64,000 nt of DNA from Octopus sinensis (Eukaryota). Positions 25,709 to 39,743 of this stretch are shown piece after piece. A program made the position numbers and the translations under genes. Below the pieces are notes generated by a model, which saw nothing but the letters and a program-made list of their open reading frames with translations, was not told the DNA's origin and made no database searches. Position 1 is the first letter of the stretch; each line of letters starts with the position of its first letter. The stretch spans positions 29,574,001 through 29,638,000 of the forward strand of contig NC_043020.1 in NCBI RefSeq assembly GCF_006345805.1, written 5' to 3'.

Positions 25709-26077
25709 TCTTAAATATTAAATGTACTTTAATGTATAAAGCAAAAAATAAATGATATACTCTCAGAGTGGTTGGCGTTAGGAAGGGCATCCAGCTGTAG
25801 AAACTCTGCCAGATCAGATTGGACCCTGGTGCAGCCATCTGGTTTGCCAGTCCTCAGTCAAATTGTCCAACCCATGCTAGCATGGAAAGCTGATGTTAAA
25901 CGATGATGATGATGATAAAAGCTGAACCTGGTCTAGTCTTTGTTATAACAGCTAAATGTCTAAAAAGACGAAAAGTTCATATTCCGTTTCCAACAATGGC
26001 TGTTTTGGCTTCTTTGTAAAAGCAACTTGAAGCTTAATTACTCAGTCTGTTTCAGTTGTAAATTGGTGTCTATTTTG

Positions 26078-26266
26078 TTATTGGTAGTCATGGTAATTCA
26101 AATGGAAACTCTGTGTTCCTCCATCAGAGGAACAGTCCATCTTCTTGGGTTGTACACGTAACCATTTAACCATCACATGCATCGCCAATAGTTCGTTGCA
26201 AACTTCATACCACTGGTGCAGCATTTTCATAATTTGAGAAAATAATTTATTCTGCATCTCTGACAT
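26078..26266 (-). mobile_element. Possible decayed mariner transposase C-terminus
   Basis: LFSQIMKMLHQWYEVCNELLAMHVMVKWLRVQPKKMDCSSDG weakly resembles the mariner LF..LK..L.G.RF...EEV...V..WL..QP..F...G motif. Confidence 0.3.
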
Positions 26267-26431
26267 GGTTTTGAAGATAATATGTTGGCATTAGGAAGGG
26301 CATCCGGATGTAGAAACCATGCCACAACAGACAATTGGAGTCTGGACAGCCCCCTGGTTGCCCAACTCCATGTCAAACCGTCCAACCCATACGAGCATGG
26401 AAAACCGACGTTAAATGGTGATGAGTGCTAA

Positions 26432-26750
26432 ATCATCATCGTCATCATTTAGCATTCATTGTCCATGCTGGCATGGGTTGGACAGTTTGACCAGGGCTGC
26501 ACCAGACCCCAGTCTGATTTGGCATGGTTTCTACAGCTGGATGCCCTTACTAACGTCAACCTCTCCAAGAGTGTAATGAGTGTTTTTACATACCACTGGC
26601 ACAGGTACCTGTTGCATGACACCAGTATCTGCCCCAACTATGATTTCACTCGGCTTGATGGGTCTTCCTTCTCAAGCACAGCCTATTGCCAAAGGTCTCA
26701 GTCATTTGTCATTGCCTCTGGGGCCCAGCACTCAAAAGGTGCTCTTTGCA
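26432..26750 (-). mobile_element. 5'-truncated RTE-type LINE copy
   Basis: Homologous to 134-478 and 37945-38368, and lies tail-to-tail with a + copy at about 26283-26424. Confidence 0.7.
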
Positions 26751-28103
26751 TGCTACCAACACAGGATATTAAATATTAAAGTTAATTAAATGTTAAAGTT
26801 TATGTAATATTGGGAAAAAAGCAAAAACTTCACATTTCCTTATGATTAAACATTATGCAGTGTGGCCCCACGAAACACATGACCTTGCCCAGACTAAACC
26901 CCTCCACTTGGCACTTGAAGCAGGTTTCAGGGCTGGGTTGAGGGTTTCAATAGAATCTGTACTTTTACAAACATTCAGGTCAGGTCTTCCTTCAGTCTGA
27001 GGATAATATCCTCCTTTCTTTCCACCAATTATGGAGGCCCTGGAAAAGGGTCCTGGATATTGCCCTTCTCTTCAGACTCTTTGGATCAAAAGCATTTCAT
27101 CCATTGCTCTACCATTGTTTGTTCCACTTTGCCAAATTTCTCTTCAAAGACTAACTCTACAGAATACAAATGAGTTGTTGTTATTGTTGCTATTATTTAA
27201 CCCCTGGTTGACATTTTGTCCATTTCCACATTCTGAATTCAAATTCCACTGAGGTTGACTTTGTCTTTCATCGTTTTGGGGTCAATGAAACAAGGACCTG
27301 TTAAGCAATGGGGTTAATGTAATTGACTAGCCCACTCCCTGAAAACTTCAGGCCTTGTTCATATGTTAGAAATGATTATTTAACCCCTGGTAAAGTAGTC
27401 CTGTGATCAGAGGGATTCTAGTTATGACCACCTCTTCACACATGTATCGCAGCCGTCCAAGAATTTGGACCTGGAGATCTCCATTTCCAGCGACTTCGAG
27501 GAGCACCTCCCAGTGGTGTCGGGCGTCAACGAAGAGCCCTCAACTACAACAAGACGACCAAATTTTTTTTTTTTCCAAGGTCTGTGGTCTCTTGCCCCTA
27601 AGCCCTAGACCATCCCCTAATCACCCTTACCCATCTTGTTACTTAACAACACCAACAAGTATCGCACATGTGTTGAAGATCTGTGGTTAGACCCATGACT
27701 AATGTGTCCCAATTTTGAGACTGTCGGGTGTTATTATATAATTTATTTAGGACAGTAACATGTGATCTGAGGGAGATATGACCTGTTATGTCTAGCAGAT
27801 TGAATGACCGAATGACGACACAGGAGCTCCCACATTGGCTCTTTATGCAAATGAAGTATGATGTGAGGGAGATTTAGCTGCTTTATCTAGCAAGTTGAAT
27901 GACTATGTGGAGGCTGTGATTTTTAGCAGGTCAAATGACTGCTGCTGCTACTACTACTACTACTACTACTACTACTAACACTACCACTATTACTACTACT
28001 ACTAACTCAACTATCAACACACTACTACTATTGCCATGAGCACTATTAGCCCCACCACATCCACTGCTACCACCACCCTCATCATCACCATTTGCTACTG
28101 CTG

Positions 28104-28135
<32 letters not shown>

Positions 28136-28633
28136 GCCACCACCATCACCACTCCCACCTCTGTGAAAGGAATAGGTTGTGTGTATACAGTATTGTTACA
28201 AGTAATTTTTTAAGAGAAAGGAATGGTGGGTGGGTGTAGGTGGCAACCCCCCTCCCCCTTGCTGGCAAGCAGGGGTATGTAAGATTAAGACAGAGGACTC
28301 CCTCCCACCCCTAAACTGTGCAAAATGTCTTGGAAAGAGGACAGGACAGGACAGCTAACACACACACACACATATATATGTATATGTGTATATGTATATA
28401 TATGTATATATATACACACACACACATATATATATATATATATGTATATAGTACAAAGTAAGATAGGGGTTATGGGTGTAACCCACCATGGGATATCATT
28501 TATCTATTGACTTATATAATATTTTTGTATGCTTTTGATATTCTCATTTGTAAAATGAATAAATAATCCAACATTCTAATATCCGAAAGTTGATGAACAA
28601 ACTAAATTTGTTTCTCCATTTTCTTATTTGTAT

Positions 28634-28691
<58 letters not shown>

Positions 28692-29181
28692 CTCCAAAGG
28701 TTTGTGCCAGAGTATAAAGTGAAAAGTCTTGAATACTTGTCTGTACAACAGTAAATGTGTGTGTTTGGTGCCCTGCCCTCCTTCTATTTGTGTCTTCCCC
28801 TGCTGAGAACGGAAGCCAAAACCCAAGCCTATTGTTGTATCGCACATGTGTTGACGGTCTGTTGTTAGGTTTTGAAATATTCTCCAAAACATGAGAACTT
28901 TCTCAGGAGAAACGAACCACATGGCAATGTCTTCTCACATGGAATCCATGTGATACAGGAAGTGGAGGGGTTTTGTGTGTTATTGGGGAAATACAATGAG
29001 ACCATTAAGGTGGGAGAACTGTTAAGGTGTTGGACAAACTGCTTATATGTCCCAGCTCTTAACATTCTGAATTCAAATCTTACAAGGGCCAGTTTTGCTT
29101 GGGGTCGACTGTCTTTAATCCATGCAACGTTAAGTTAGCATCCAAGTCCTGAGGGACAATAATTTCAATTTGTCCTCTCCT

Positions 29182-29398
29182 TTAACTCTTCAGCATTTAA
29201 ACAGGCCATACCCAGCCTCTTTATTTTCAGACTGACCAGATCCAACCTCTCACACCTAGCCTACAATGTCATTCTAAGAATAGACAATCACATCGTTGAA
29301 ATTTCAAAGCTATTAGACAATGCATGATTAATTCCAAAAGAATGTGAATAAATAAGCATTAAATTTGAGACAGGATAATCTGAGTGCTAAAGGGTTAA
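29182..29398. mobile_element. TTAA-flanked (piggyBac-like) MITE
   Basis: TTAA-CTCTTCAGCA...TGCTAAAGGG-TTAA, with imperfect TIRs and TTAA at both ends. Related copies occur at about 6757-6965 and 35490-35700. Confidence 0.6.
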
Positions 29399-30054
29399 GC
29401 ATGGTACTTGTTTAATTGGTATTTTTTGTCAAACTGCTTCGTTATGGGAATGCAAACAAACCAACACTGGTGGTTGTGACATGGGCGGTTACAAGCACAA
29501 AGGCACACAAGCTGGGAGAATCATTAGAATGTTGGAGAAAATGCTTTGCAGTATTTGTTCTGGCTCTTTACATTCTGAGTTCAAATCCTGCTTGAACCAA
29601 CTTTGCCTTCCAGGGCCAATAAGATCCCAGTCAACTTCTGGGTTTCAATTGCTGGCCCATGCCTAAATCAGAGGCCATTATTATGAACTAAAAGAATCAT
29701 TTGGTGATATTTGTCTCAGCACAGCCCTTATGAAGCTGCTAATCTATCATCATAAGCAATTTGGTCATTCTGACCTGCACTGAGATCTTCTGAAGCAGTG
29801 AGTACAAACGTGATGTGAAATATAGATAAGAAACCACCAATCTGACCGAAATAGTAGAAAGGCTTCGGTGGAGTAAGTGTTTGTTTTAATAAAATGAAAT
29901 GGGAGGTTGGTTGAGTTGCAGGTGTTGTTTATAAGAAAACTAATTGCTTTGTAAATCACAGACAAAATGGTGATGGAATTGGATGTGAGAAAAGTCAAAT
30001 ATTCAAATTATGACTCAAGGAAAATTTCTGAAAATATTTATTTTAGTTGTGGTT

Positions 30055-30090
30055 AATAATAATAATATTAATAATAATAATAATAATAAT

Positions 30091-30121
<31 letters not shown>

Positions 30122-30152
30122 ATAATAATAATAATAATATAATAATAATAAT

Positions 30153-30183
<31 letters not shown>

Positions 30184-30202
30184 ATAATAATAATAATAAT
30201 AA
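30055..30202. repeat. (AAT)n microsatellite with periodic ATT interruptions
   Basis: Direct reading of the sequence. Confidence 0.95.
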
Positions 30203-31955
30203 TGGTTTCAAATTTTGATACAAGGCCAGAAGGGGTGAGGAGTCAATTAAATCAACCCCAGTGCTCAACTGATACTTAGTTTTTTGATCCCCAGAAGGGA
30301 AAAAAGCAAAGTCAGCCCTAGCAGAATTTGAACTCAGAACATAAAGACAGACAAATTACCATGAGGCTTTATGCCCTCCCACCATTACTTAATTAGTGTT
30401 GATCTGTTTACATCTTCATGACTTAGCAGTTTGACAAAAGAAACTGACTAAATATAAGGTTTAAAATTAAGTAATAAGATTGATTTGTTCAACTAAAACC
30501 TTCCATGCCCCAGCATGGTCGCAGCTCAGCAACTGCAAAAGTAAAAGATGAATGGTAAAAGTTTTTTTTTTTTAAATGCTGTCATGTGACAATGATTATG
30601 TTGTCGGGACATGTAAAAGCAAAGGTGATGAGTTCAAGATCGACTGGAAGCAGTCTTGTATTTTGTCGTTCAACAAAAACAAATGACTTTCCTCAATGAA
30701 ATCTCACTCATTGTTTCTCGGTCCACTGGTTTAGTGTTAAGAAATGCAGTCAACCATGGAACCATTGCTTTAAAGAATCTCTGTAACGAAAAGTTAATGA
30801 GAAATTCTCAGAAGGAACGCAACTTACGAGAATCAAGTTCATACGGAAAAACAATTGAACAGACCTTTAAGAACTGCTTTGCAATGCACAACATTTTTGT
30901 GTCTCAGAGAAACAAAAATAGATTCCAAGTAGTCTGCGAGGAAACGGTTAGAATCGGTGCAGTTGTAGCTGTGTTTAGAGGTGCTGATGTGGTTGTTTGG
31001 TTAAGAAGTTTGCTTGGTAACCATGTGGGTTTGGGTTCAGTTCACTCTTGTGGCGTCTTGGACAACTGTCTTCTGTTATGGCCTTGAGCCGGTACCAGTG
31101 CCATGTAACTGAATTGAGTAGTTGGAAACTGTATGGAAGCTTGTTTTATATATATGTGTGTGTGTGTTTCTGTATGTATGTACGTGTGTGTGGGTGTGTT
31201 ACTTTCTCTGTGTTTTGACTTCACATGGTTGTTGTAAACGAGTGTCACTGTCCTATAAGTGGTGTCCTTCGTTTCCAATCTTCCGTGAAGAACATATCTG
31301 GTTATGGGAGAATATTAGCTTCCTTAGAAACAGCTGAGGGTTGGCAGCAGGAAGAGCATTCAGTCGTAGGAAATTCACCTCAACAAATTCTGTCCAACCC
31401 ATGCCAGCACGGAAAAGTGAACATTAAAACGATGATGATAATTATGAAAGATAAAGAATGTATGTCTTTGTGTTTGTTCCTCCTCCCACCACTCAACAGC
31501 CAGTGTTAGTTTGTTTACATCCTCGTAACTTAGCAGTTCAGCAAAAGATATCAACAGAATAAGTACCAGACTTTCAAAAAAAGTCCTGGGTCAATTTGTT
31601 CCACTCGACCCTTCCAGGTGGTGCTCCAGCATGACCGTGACCACAGTCCAGTGACTGAAACAAGTAAGAGATCTGTAGGCCATTATAAACAACCTCCTGA
31701 CAGCGTGGCAGAGTAAAATAATGGTAGTAATTAGTAAGAATTAGTTTAACGAGGTATGAAATAATGGTTTAACCATCTGTTAATGTTTTATGAGGGAATC
31801 CATGATGGTTTGCAATGAATCCAAGAATTTTTTTTTTTTTTCAGGTAAAATTACATTTTCTTTCGTTCTGTCTGTTGGGTATATTGGAACTTCTGTGAAA
31901 TGGTATTTGGTACTGTCGGATAAAACAGTAATGCATGCATGTGTGTGTGTGTGTG

Positions 31956-31986
<31 letters not shown>

Positions 31987-34211
31987 TTATATGCATGCAC
32001 ATATATACACACAATATATATTCACGCATGCACAGATGTATATATTCACACACACACAGACGTATATATTCACACACACACACACACAGACGTATATATT
32101 CACACACACACATGTATATATTCATACACATACATGTATATATCCACACACACATGTATATATTCACACACACACGGATATATTCACACATACACAGACG
32201 TATATATTCACACACACATGTATACATCCATACACACACGGATATATTCACACACATACATGTATATATTCACACATAGACATGTATATTCACACAGTGC
32301 CACATGTATGTATATATATATATATATATGTACACATATATACACACATAAACATATATATACTCATACATACATATGCACACACATACATACACGTGTG
32401 TGTGTATATGTATGAGAGTGTGTGTGTGTGTGTATATATAAAGTATAAACATTGTGTGTAGAGCATGTTGTATGCTGTTGTGTTGTTGGAGGATGAGAAA
32501 CGGACTATCCTAGCATCGGAAGATATTTCAACATTATTCCCACACAGTTTCTATAGCAACAAGAAGGAACTAATATATTTCTTTATTTTTTTCACATTTT
32601 TTTTTATGATGATGATAATGTCTGCGAGAAAGAAATATTTCTTCTCACTCAACAAACCTGAAAGGAAAAACTCCCAAACAACAAGAAAGAATTTACCATT
32701 TATTTTATTTTATTTTATTTTTATTGTTTTCCCCCCTGTTTTGTGAAATTAGGGGTTACTTTCTGATCCTTCTTCTTCTGTCTACATATTTTATTCAAGC
32801 TCCATTCTTGTGTTAAATTCACCGAACAACTCAGGCACCCAACATAAGTATCCTATGTAAGATAATACACGGAGGTGGGGGGTGGGGAGAAGCTGTTAAT
32901 AGGAATCTAAACGGGAACACACCCTAAACTAAAATTCTGTTAATGAGTGAACCTGTAAAAAAAACAACAAACAAACAAGAAAAGTTTTTTTTTTTTCATT
33001 TTTGTTCTTATATTGTATTTTTATGCCTGAAAAACAAATTTGTATAACAATATGTACAGTATGTATGGCAGCATGCAACAGCATGTATATCCTTATCATC
33101 ATCATCATCATCATCTGCATAATCCATTTTTCCTTCCTTGCATGGATCAAATAGAATTTGTTGAAGCAATCTTTCTATGGCGGGATGCTCTTCCTGTTGT
33201 CAACCCTCACCTGTTTTCAAGCAATGTAATATTCCCTCATGCCCAGACATGTTTTTCCACTGGAGACTAGCAACGAACAACATCACTGATACGATGATAG
33301 TGTTTATGACCATCATGTGATATCAGGACAAAAGTACACACACACACACACACACAAAGGGCTTCTTTCAGTTTCCGTCTGCCAAATCCAGTCACAAGGC
33401 TTTGGTTGGCCTGGGGCTATAGTAGAAGACATTGACCCAAACTATCACAGTGGAACTGAATCTGAGACCACATTGTTGGGAAGTTAACTTCTTAACCACA
33501 CAGCCATGCCGGCACCAAACAGAGAGGAAGCAGAGAATGAGAGAAACATTCTCAGAGAAGCTGCCAGAATCACAGACATGTCAGACAAAATTCTTTGTGG
33601 CATCTTTCCTGGTTCTTTACATTTCGGAGTTCGAATTCTGCTGAGGTCAGCTTTGCCTTTCGTCCATTTTGGAGGTCAATAAAATAAAGGACTAGTCAAG
33701 GACTGGGGTCGATTCAGTCAACTAACCCCACATCTCACTAAAACTATCGGCATTGTGCCAATTTTTGGAACAACACTGGCAAGTTGGTAGAATTTGTTGG
33801 AATGTTGGATAAAATGCTCGAGTTTTTCTGTTCTAAGTTCAGATTCTGCTGAGGTTGACTTTACCGCTCGTCCTTTCAAGGTCACTGAATTAAAGCACTA
33901 ACCAAGCACTGGGGTCAATGTAACAGACCTGCCCCCTCCTCTCACTGTTGCTGGCTTTGTGCCAAAGGGATAAAAGATTTATTGTTATTACATCAACTCC
34001 TGACAAACCTCAATTGGCAACTGTCCAGTGCAACTGTCACCGAGAGGAATGATGAGCTTTTAATGATAAACAGCAGAATACCAATCCTTCGTTTGTTTGT
34101 GTGTAATGTAAGTGATTGGCCTAGCGGTGAGGATGTTAAGTTTATGATTGTAACATTGTGGGTTCAATCCCTAGACTTGATGGCACATTGGGTTTTTGAG
34201 TAGAACATATC

Positions 34212-34446
34212 TGTTTCTTTATTACCCACAAGGGGCTAAACACAGAGGGGACAAACAAGGACAGACAAACGGATTAAGCCGATTACATCGACCCCAGTGC
34301 GAAACTGGTACTTATTTAATCGACCCCGAAAGGATGAAAGGCAAAGTCGACCTCGGCGGAATTTGAACTCAGAACGTAACGGCAGACGAAATACGGCTAC
34401 GCATTTCGCCCGGTGTGCTAACGTTTCTGCCAGTCTTTTGACCGCC
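34212..34446 (-). mobile_element. Young full-length SINE family B with 17-bp TSD, inserted in an older tRNA-derived SINE
   Basis: TSD tttgagtagaacatatc at 34195-34211 and 34447-34463. The host element has an A-box (tggcctagcggt) and B-box (gggttcaatcc) at about 34115-34170. Confidence 0.9.
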
Positions 34447-34542
34447 TTTGAGTAGAACATATCGTTTCACTATTCTTCAGTTTACTCAGCTGGACAATGA
34501 GTATCCCGTGGGTACTGGTACTGCCTCTCACACACACACACA

Positions 34543-34578
<36 letters not shown>

Positions 34579-34595
34579 TTCTCTCTCTCTCCCTG

Positions 34596-34631
<36 letters not shown>

Positions 34632-34846
34632 TCTCTCTCTCTCCCTCTCTCCCTCTCTCCCTCTCTCTCTTTCTCTCTCTCTCTTCACCCAGTTGTCACA
34701 TCATGGATGTTTCAATTGGTCAAGAACGGGATAGCCAGGGGGGAAAGTAAAGTAATGGGGGAAATACTCAGAGAGCGAATGGACACCAGCATCCTTGATG
34801 CAAGAAGCCAAATGGTTCTTTTAATTAAAACCACACTCTTAGTAAT

Positions 34847-35240
34847 TGGTGCAGGCATGGCTGTGTGGTAAGAAATTTGCTTCCCAACCACATGGTTCCG
34901 GGTTCAGTTCTGCTGCTTGGCACCTTGGGCAAGTGTCTTCTACTATATAGCTTCTGGCTGACCAAAGCCTTGTGAGTGGATTTGGTTGACAGAAACTGAA
35001 AAGAAGCCCATCATGTGCGTGTGTCTGTGTTTGTCCCCACCCCCTTTACCACTTGACAACTGGTGCTGGTTTGTTTATGTCCCCATAACATAACAGTTCA
35101 GCTAAAGAGATCGAGAGAATAAATACCAGGCTTTAAAAAAATAATTACTGGTGGGTGGGGTTGATTCATTTGACTAAAACCCTTCAATGTAGTGCCCCAG
35201 CATGGCCGCAGTCCAATCACTGAAACAAAAGATAAAAGAT
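34847..35240 (+). mobile_element. SINE family A copy
   Basis: Colinear with 9117-9505. Confidence 0.85.
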
Positions 35241-36030
35241 AAACAATCATTGTTTCAATAATTAATTCTGGTCAACAAAGGCAAGGGAGGCAAATCTTGG
35301 AAGTAAATGAATCAAAAGGAGTTAAAAGTTGAATACAGTGAGGAGTGAGTCTGATCTTTGATAGAAGAGTGACAACTCTAGGCATGTTTCAATGTTATTA
35401 GACCTCTTCAGCAACACATGTAACCGTTATTGTTTGTCATTGCCTCACACATATACACACTGCTTGATAATTAGCATGTTGGTTTGTTTGACCCCTTAGC
35501 ATTTAAACCAGCCATATCCAGCCCATATATTCTGTTTTATGTCCAAACCTACAAGGAACCAGCTTCCTACACCTGCCTTACAAGGTTGTTTTTAAAATAA
35601 CCAGTCACATCACTGAAATCCCAAAGCTGCAAGATAATCCAGGATTAATTCAAAACCCCGAAACAATGAACATTACATTTGACCAAATAATCTCAGCATT
35701 CGGTCATGGAGTGAATTAAACTTGTACTGCGAGGTATCACTGTATTTTGAATGTATTGAATAAGAACAGACACACACACATCACCTGTGAGAGCGTCTGT
35801 GTTTGTCTATCTGTGTGTGTGTGTGTGTGCTACAAGTGTGTGTATGTGTGTCCTTAGTTTAAAATAGAGACTGCATTCTTTCCTGCTTGTTCTGAGAAGT
35901 GACTAAAAACATTAGCGACAAAAAGCAGCGTCCGGCTATGAAACATCTCAACAAAACCATCCTACCATGGCCATATGGAAAAGCGGATGTAAAATACTAG
36001 TTGTGATGATGATGATGATGATGATGCATT

Positions 36031-36155
36031 TGTGTGAATGTGTACATCTGCAGTGCCGTGTGTGAATGTGTACATCTGCAGTGCCGTGTGTGAATGTGTA
36101 CATCTGCAGTGCCGTGTGTGAATGTGTACATCTGCAGTGCCGTGTGTGAATGTGT
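36031..36155. repeat. Perfect 28-bp minisatellite, about 4.5 copies
   Basis: Unit tgtgtgaatgtgtacatctgcagtgccg. Confidence 0.95.
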
Positions 36156-36367
36156 GCATACACAGTGTGGTGGTGGTGGTGGGGGGGGGGCAGATTTTTA
36201 GACCAAGTACATCATGTCTCTGCCTAAGAAGCAACTAAAGAGGTTGGCTTCAAGAGGGGCACCTGGTTGTGAATGTGAAATACTGCCCTTTAGGGTTAGG
36301 GTCCCATCCAAGACATGCTGACATGGAAAGGCAGATGTAAGGATGATACAATATAACGTGTATGTGC

Positions 36368-36432
<65 letters not shown>

Positions 36433-36538
36433 CACATATATATATATATACATATATATATACAAACACATGTGTAGTATGCATGTGTGTATATATATTC
36501 ATATATACACACATGCATATATACATACATATATATAT

Positions 36539-36572
<34 letters not shown>

Positions 36573-37944
36573 TCATATATACACACATGCACATATACAT
36601 ACACACATATACACACACACCTTTATACAGTTTTATGTTCACATACCATTACTATATACACATCTCCAAACCCACCTCAGTTTTATCATTCCCTAATAAA
36701 TACACCTCTACAATCTACACCCCCAAAATTACCCCAAAAAATCTGTCATGCCTCCACTACCCCCACCCCACCTCACACACACACACACATTAAAGTGCAA
36801 TATGCAAATGACAGAATGTATTTATTTAAAGAATTCCTGTAGAATAAAAGAGGAAGCCGGCTACCGTTTCTATTTTCATCAGCCGCCACTCATTGTGGTA
36901 GATCAATATTTTTGCTACCAACCAAGAGATATTGTCCCAGTATAGTTTATCTGCAGAAGAAGTTTATGATTGCTCGCTGAGAATAATAATGAGTCACCCA
37001 TCGTTTTGGTAACCGGATGATACGCCAGCAAAACTCAATACCACTTCGTTCATCCTGGGTTTTGACATGAGTCATTTGCTCATCGTGTACGTCTATCGGT
37101 TTATCTCTCTTTCTCCTTTGCTAGTTATTCATCACTATGTCTATCTCTCTCTCTTTCTCTCTCTCTCTCTCTTATCTGTTTTACTGCCTGTCTGTCTCTC
37201 GTTCTATCTGTCATTCGTCCGGTCTGTCTGTTTGTCAATCTTGCCGTACCCAGACAGCTATGTACCTATCTGTCTACCAATTTCTCTGTCGATCTATATC
37301 CACAAAACAGTCAACCTGTCTAGTTTATATGTCTAACTATCTTTCCATTTCCTCTCTCTCTCTATCTATCTATCTATCTATCTATCTCCCATCGTACATG
37401 GTGTTCTCAGTATTTCATTTCTCTTTGGTGATATTTTAAAATTGATACACACCATTTAATACAGGAGATGGTATTGGTGGTGGTGGTCGTCATCGTGTTG
37501 TGGTTGAATTGCTGTTGTTGTTTAACCCTAGGTCAACACTGATTCAGCAGATATACATTATCTTCTCTATTGTTTTCTCCCTTAAGATGATAGGATGTTG
37601 ATGTGAGGAGGAAATTTGGCTGCTATTTCTAGTGGATTGAGTGATCCCTTGGTGGTGTGGTGATGTTCTATAATGTTCTATAATGTGGTTTAGTATGCTA
37701 TGGTATAGGTACCAGTAAGACACTGGGGTTAATTTTCTTGGCTAAAACCTGTGTCTCAGAGGTATCTCGAAGCAAAAGGCTAAGGCAGACAATCACTCAT
37801 AAATCATTTTGATTCTATTTACTCTTTAATCTTTTGGCGTCAATCTGCCTGAAACTGCACCTAGGTCTACAATAAAAATTTCCTGTTTAAAAGTTATCCT
37901 ATTAACTTTCTAATTGTTTTCAAAATTAATTAACACAAAGGTAC

Positions 37945-38368
37945 CTGAAGGGTACCTGTGGAAGGGGTAGACCCAGGAAGACATAGAACAAAGTGGTGAG
38001 AAATGATCTTTGGATGCTGGGCCCCACTGAGGAAATGTCAAGGGACCAGGAGATGTGACAGTTTGCTGTACTTGATAAGACATGTCAAGCTCAGTAAAAT
38101 CATTGTCCACCACACATACAGGCTTGCGCTTTCAGGTGCCAGTGCCACTTAAAAGGCTCCTGTGCAGATGCTGTGTAAATGCACGTGTGCCAGTGGCACA
38201 TAAAAAGCACCCGGCACACTCTGTAAAGTGGTTGGCATTAGGAAGGGCATCCAGCTGTAGAAACCATGCCATGACAGACAATTGGAGTCTGGACAATTCC
38301 CCAGCTGACCAGCTCCATGTCAAACCATCCAACCCATGCCAGCATGGAAAGCAGACACTAAATGATGA
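37945..38368 (+). mobile_element. 5'-truncated RTE-clade LINE (ORF end plus 3' UTR)
   Basis: EGTCGRGRPRKT*NKVVRNDLWMLGPTEEMSRDQEM*QFAVLDKT matches the RTE GRP+KTW...D...L....DR..W motif. It continues into the 3' UTR ending ccaacccatgccagcatggaaagcagacactaaatgatga. Confidence 0.8.
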
Positions 38369-39743
38369 AATGCAGTGTATTTCAACAAATATGGTAACAA
38401 AAGGGTTAAAGTGATCTAAATTAAAATCTTCCATCAGAATCTCTCGTTAATCTATATTCCAAAAACCAGCTTAATTATGATAAAGATTTTTTTTTCTAAA
38501 TTCTTTATTATAAAAATTAATTGAAACAGAAGACTGCATATTTCAACATTTCAAGAAATGTGGGAACAAAAGAGTTAAGGGCAGCTGACTGTGTGATACC
38601 CCAATAAGTAAAATTATTCCATGTGAGGAACAGGAACTGCCAGCTTTGAAAGACACCGTGATGGAACATTACCACAGAAATCCTATAAATAGCCGGAGAC
38701 ATGGTACGTTCATCGCAATGTCTGACACAAGTTGGCATAAGAAAAAAGGAATGGAAGAAAGAAAGAAAGAAGACAGAAACTCACTAATTGTATGCAATTA
38801 TCCACAGCCATGATTTGGTACATTAGCGCCACCCTAGTAGACGTCCCACCCCGCACACTGTTTTCCAGTACTCTTGAATGCTACCCTTAATGAAGACAAC
38901 TTTCTTGTGTAGCTCTGACATGAAGCAGTCTACTTTCAGGTTCTTGATTTTACTTCAGATTAGTCATTTCCAGAAATAGAAAAATATGTTCTGCTCTGTC
39001 AAGGAATATATTCCCATGATGTTCTAAATTCTTCAGTATTTCTATAAACTGATTAGAAGACTAATCTCTCTCTCTCTCTCTTTGGTATTTTCGTTGAGAT
39101 TATCTCCTCTATATACCCAAACTATCAGGGTTTTTTTCTATCATATTCTGTATTATATGAACTTAACGAACCAGCAGCCTTTATTCAGTTGCTCAGTTTG
39201 GTAGAAATAACAGCTAAATCTTCATTGAATCACACCCTACATAAATGTACTTATACGTGTCTCTACGTTTAACGGTTCAATAAGTGGAGATTGCTAAAAT
39301 AAGCACTGAAGTCAATGTGACTAAATCTTCAAAGGAAGTGCTCCAGTATGGCTGTAAGTCCAATGACTAAAATCGGTTAAAGAATTAAAAAAAAAAATTA
39401 TAGTTGATGGTGAAGATTTGATTAAGACAATATCAATAACTTTTGTTGTTGTTTATTCCTGTCAATCCTGATTGAACAGACCTATGATCAAACGTGTTAG
39501 CTGTTTTTTTTTCCCCCTAGGCATAGTGTACCTAGAATTACCTGCATCATCTGTACACATCCATTTATCCTTGCTTGCATGAATTGAGTGGATTTTTTTT
39601 AGTCTTCCATCTTGCCACTGATTTCGGTCTTTTGGCATCTCTTTCACGACTTTGCTCAACTTTTCCTGTTACTTGAACTTTTCCCATCTTGTTCTTAATT
39701 TGGTTACCATGTTTTTGTAACACTCTCCTCCACTGAAGCTCAA

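Noticed and set aside
36857-36887. Minus-strand CTGATGA-AAATA-GAAAC-G-GTA hammerhead-like core
   Set aside because: It has no stem II and stem I is out of register, so it is probably coincidental.
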